NCBI GenBank assembly: GCA_973895155.1
Contig: OZ316891.1
Location: 9,797,875-9,861,874 of the forward strand
Reading direction: 5' to 3'
Length of the DNA: 64,000 nt
Source of the DNA: Marsupella aquatica
Taxonomy: Eukaryota; Plantae; Marchantiophyta
A program made the translations under genes and the position numbers. Position 1 is the stretch's first letter; the number at the start of each line of letters is the position of its first letter. Under the pieces are notes generated by a model that was given only the letters and a program-made list of their open reading frames with translations, was not told where the DNA came from and searched no databases. Below, piece by piece: positions 63,508-64,000 of the stretch.

Positions 63508-63665
63508 CTGGAAAAAGTTTGCTTAATCAACCCCCTCCATACTTTTCCCCAATCTGGACCCGTTGATGGACCTTTCCATCTCAGATCTGGATTCATAGAC
63601 CTCAGGGGGTCGATCAAGTAACAAGTTTCTTTTTGGGGGCCGATCAAGCAAATACCTTTTCCCAG
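63508..63665. mobile_element. Small foldback MITE in a LysM-RLK intron
   Basis: CTGGAAAAAGTTTGCTTAATCAACCCCC versus reverse complement CTGGGAAAAGGTATTTGCTTGATCGGCCCCC; same terminus motif as 53530-53556. Confidence 0.65.
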
Positions 63666-64000
63666 CATGAGCCTGGTTGCTGAGCACAATGTTAGCTATG
63701 GCCCACTGATGTGATTCTTCACCCCCTAATGCGAAGCAGCCACTCCTATCTGTCGCCCTATCTGTCGATAAGCATAGTGCAAAGAGACTCTTTGGCTAGT
63801 AGACAGTGCACGTTTTCCAGGCATGCAATTACTGTTCGAAAATGGTTGTAGGTACGTAGGCAATGACTGCGTACTAGCTGGGTTAGTCTCAAGCTGGCGA
63901 CTGTCAAAATAAAAGACAAAAACGGGTGGTTCTCCTTTTAGTATGGCAGGACGACCTTGCAAGGAGTATCTTAGACAAAAACGTGCGTTTTTCCTTTTGG

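Overview
Eukaryotic land-plant genomic DNA, most likely a bryophyte or liverwort, judged from the HAC protein style, the TE lineages and the gene structure (inference). There are two host genes, both on the + strand. One is a complete 16-exon p300/CBP-type histone acetyltransferase (HAC1-like, 21649-32572) with one GC-AG intron, polyQ tracts, repeated MxPTPG motifs and a uORF/G-quadruplex-rich leader. The other is the 5' part of a LysM receptor-like kinase of the LYK3/EPR3 (LYKII/III) group (59761 to the window end). The rest is nested transposon sequence. It includes a decayed full-length Ty1/copia element (4964-11686, 345-bp LTRs, TSD GGCAT) and a young Bianca-lineage copia element (40262-47139, minus strand, identical 107-bp LTRs, half-tRNA-Ile primer site, a 1.7-kb leader and an RT insertion). 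It also includes a deleted copia relative (53897-56816), a recombinant solo LTR (57004-57348), a ~1.5-kb unclassified element present twice and reciprocally nested with the copia family, a MITE family with 8-9-bp TSDs, two Helitron-like 3' ends carrying the same minisatellite, and a long foldback upstream of the LysM kinase. I found no clear novel protein-coding system. The most unusual items are retroelement architecture and regulatory sequence. All alignments were done by eye.
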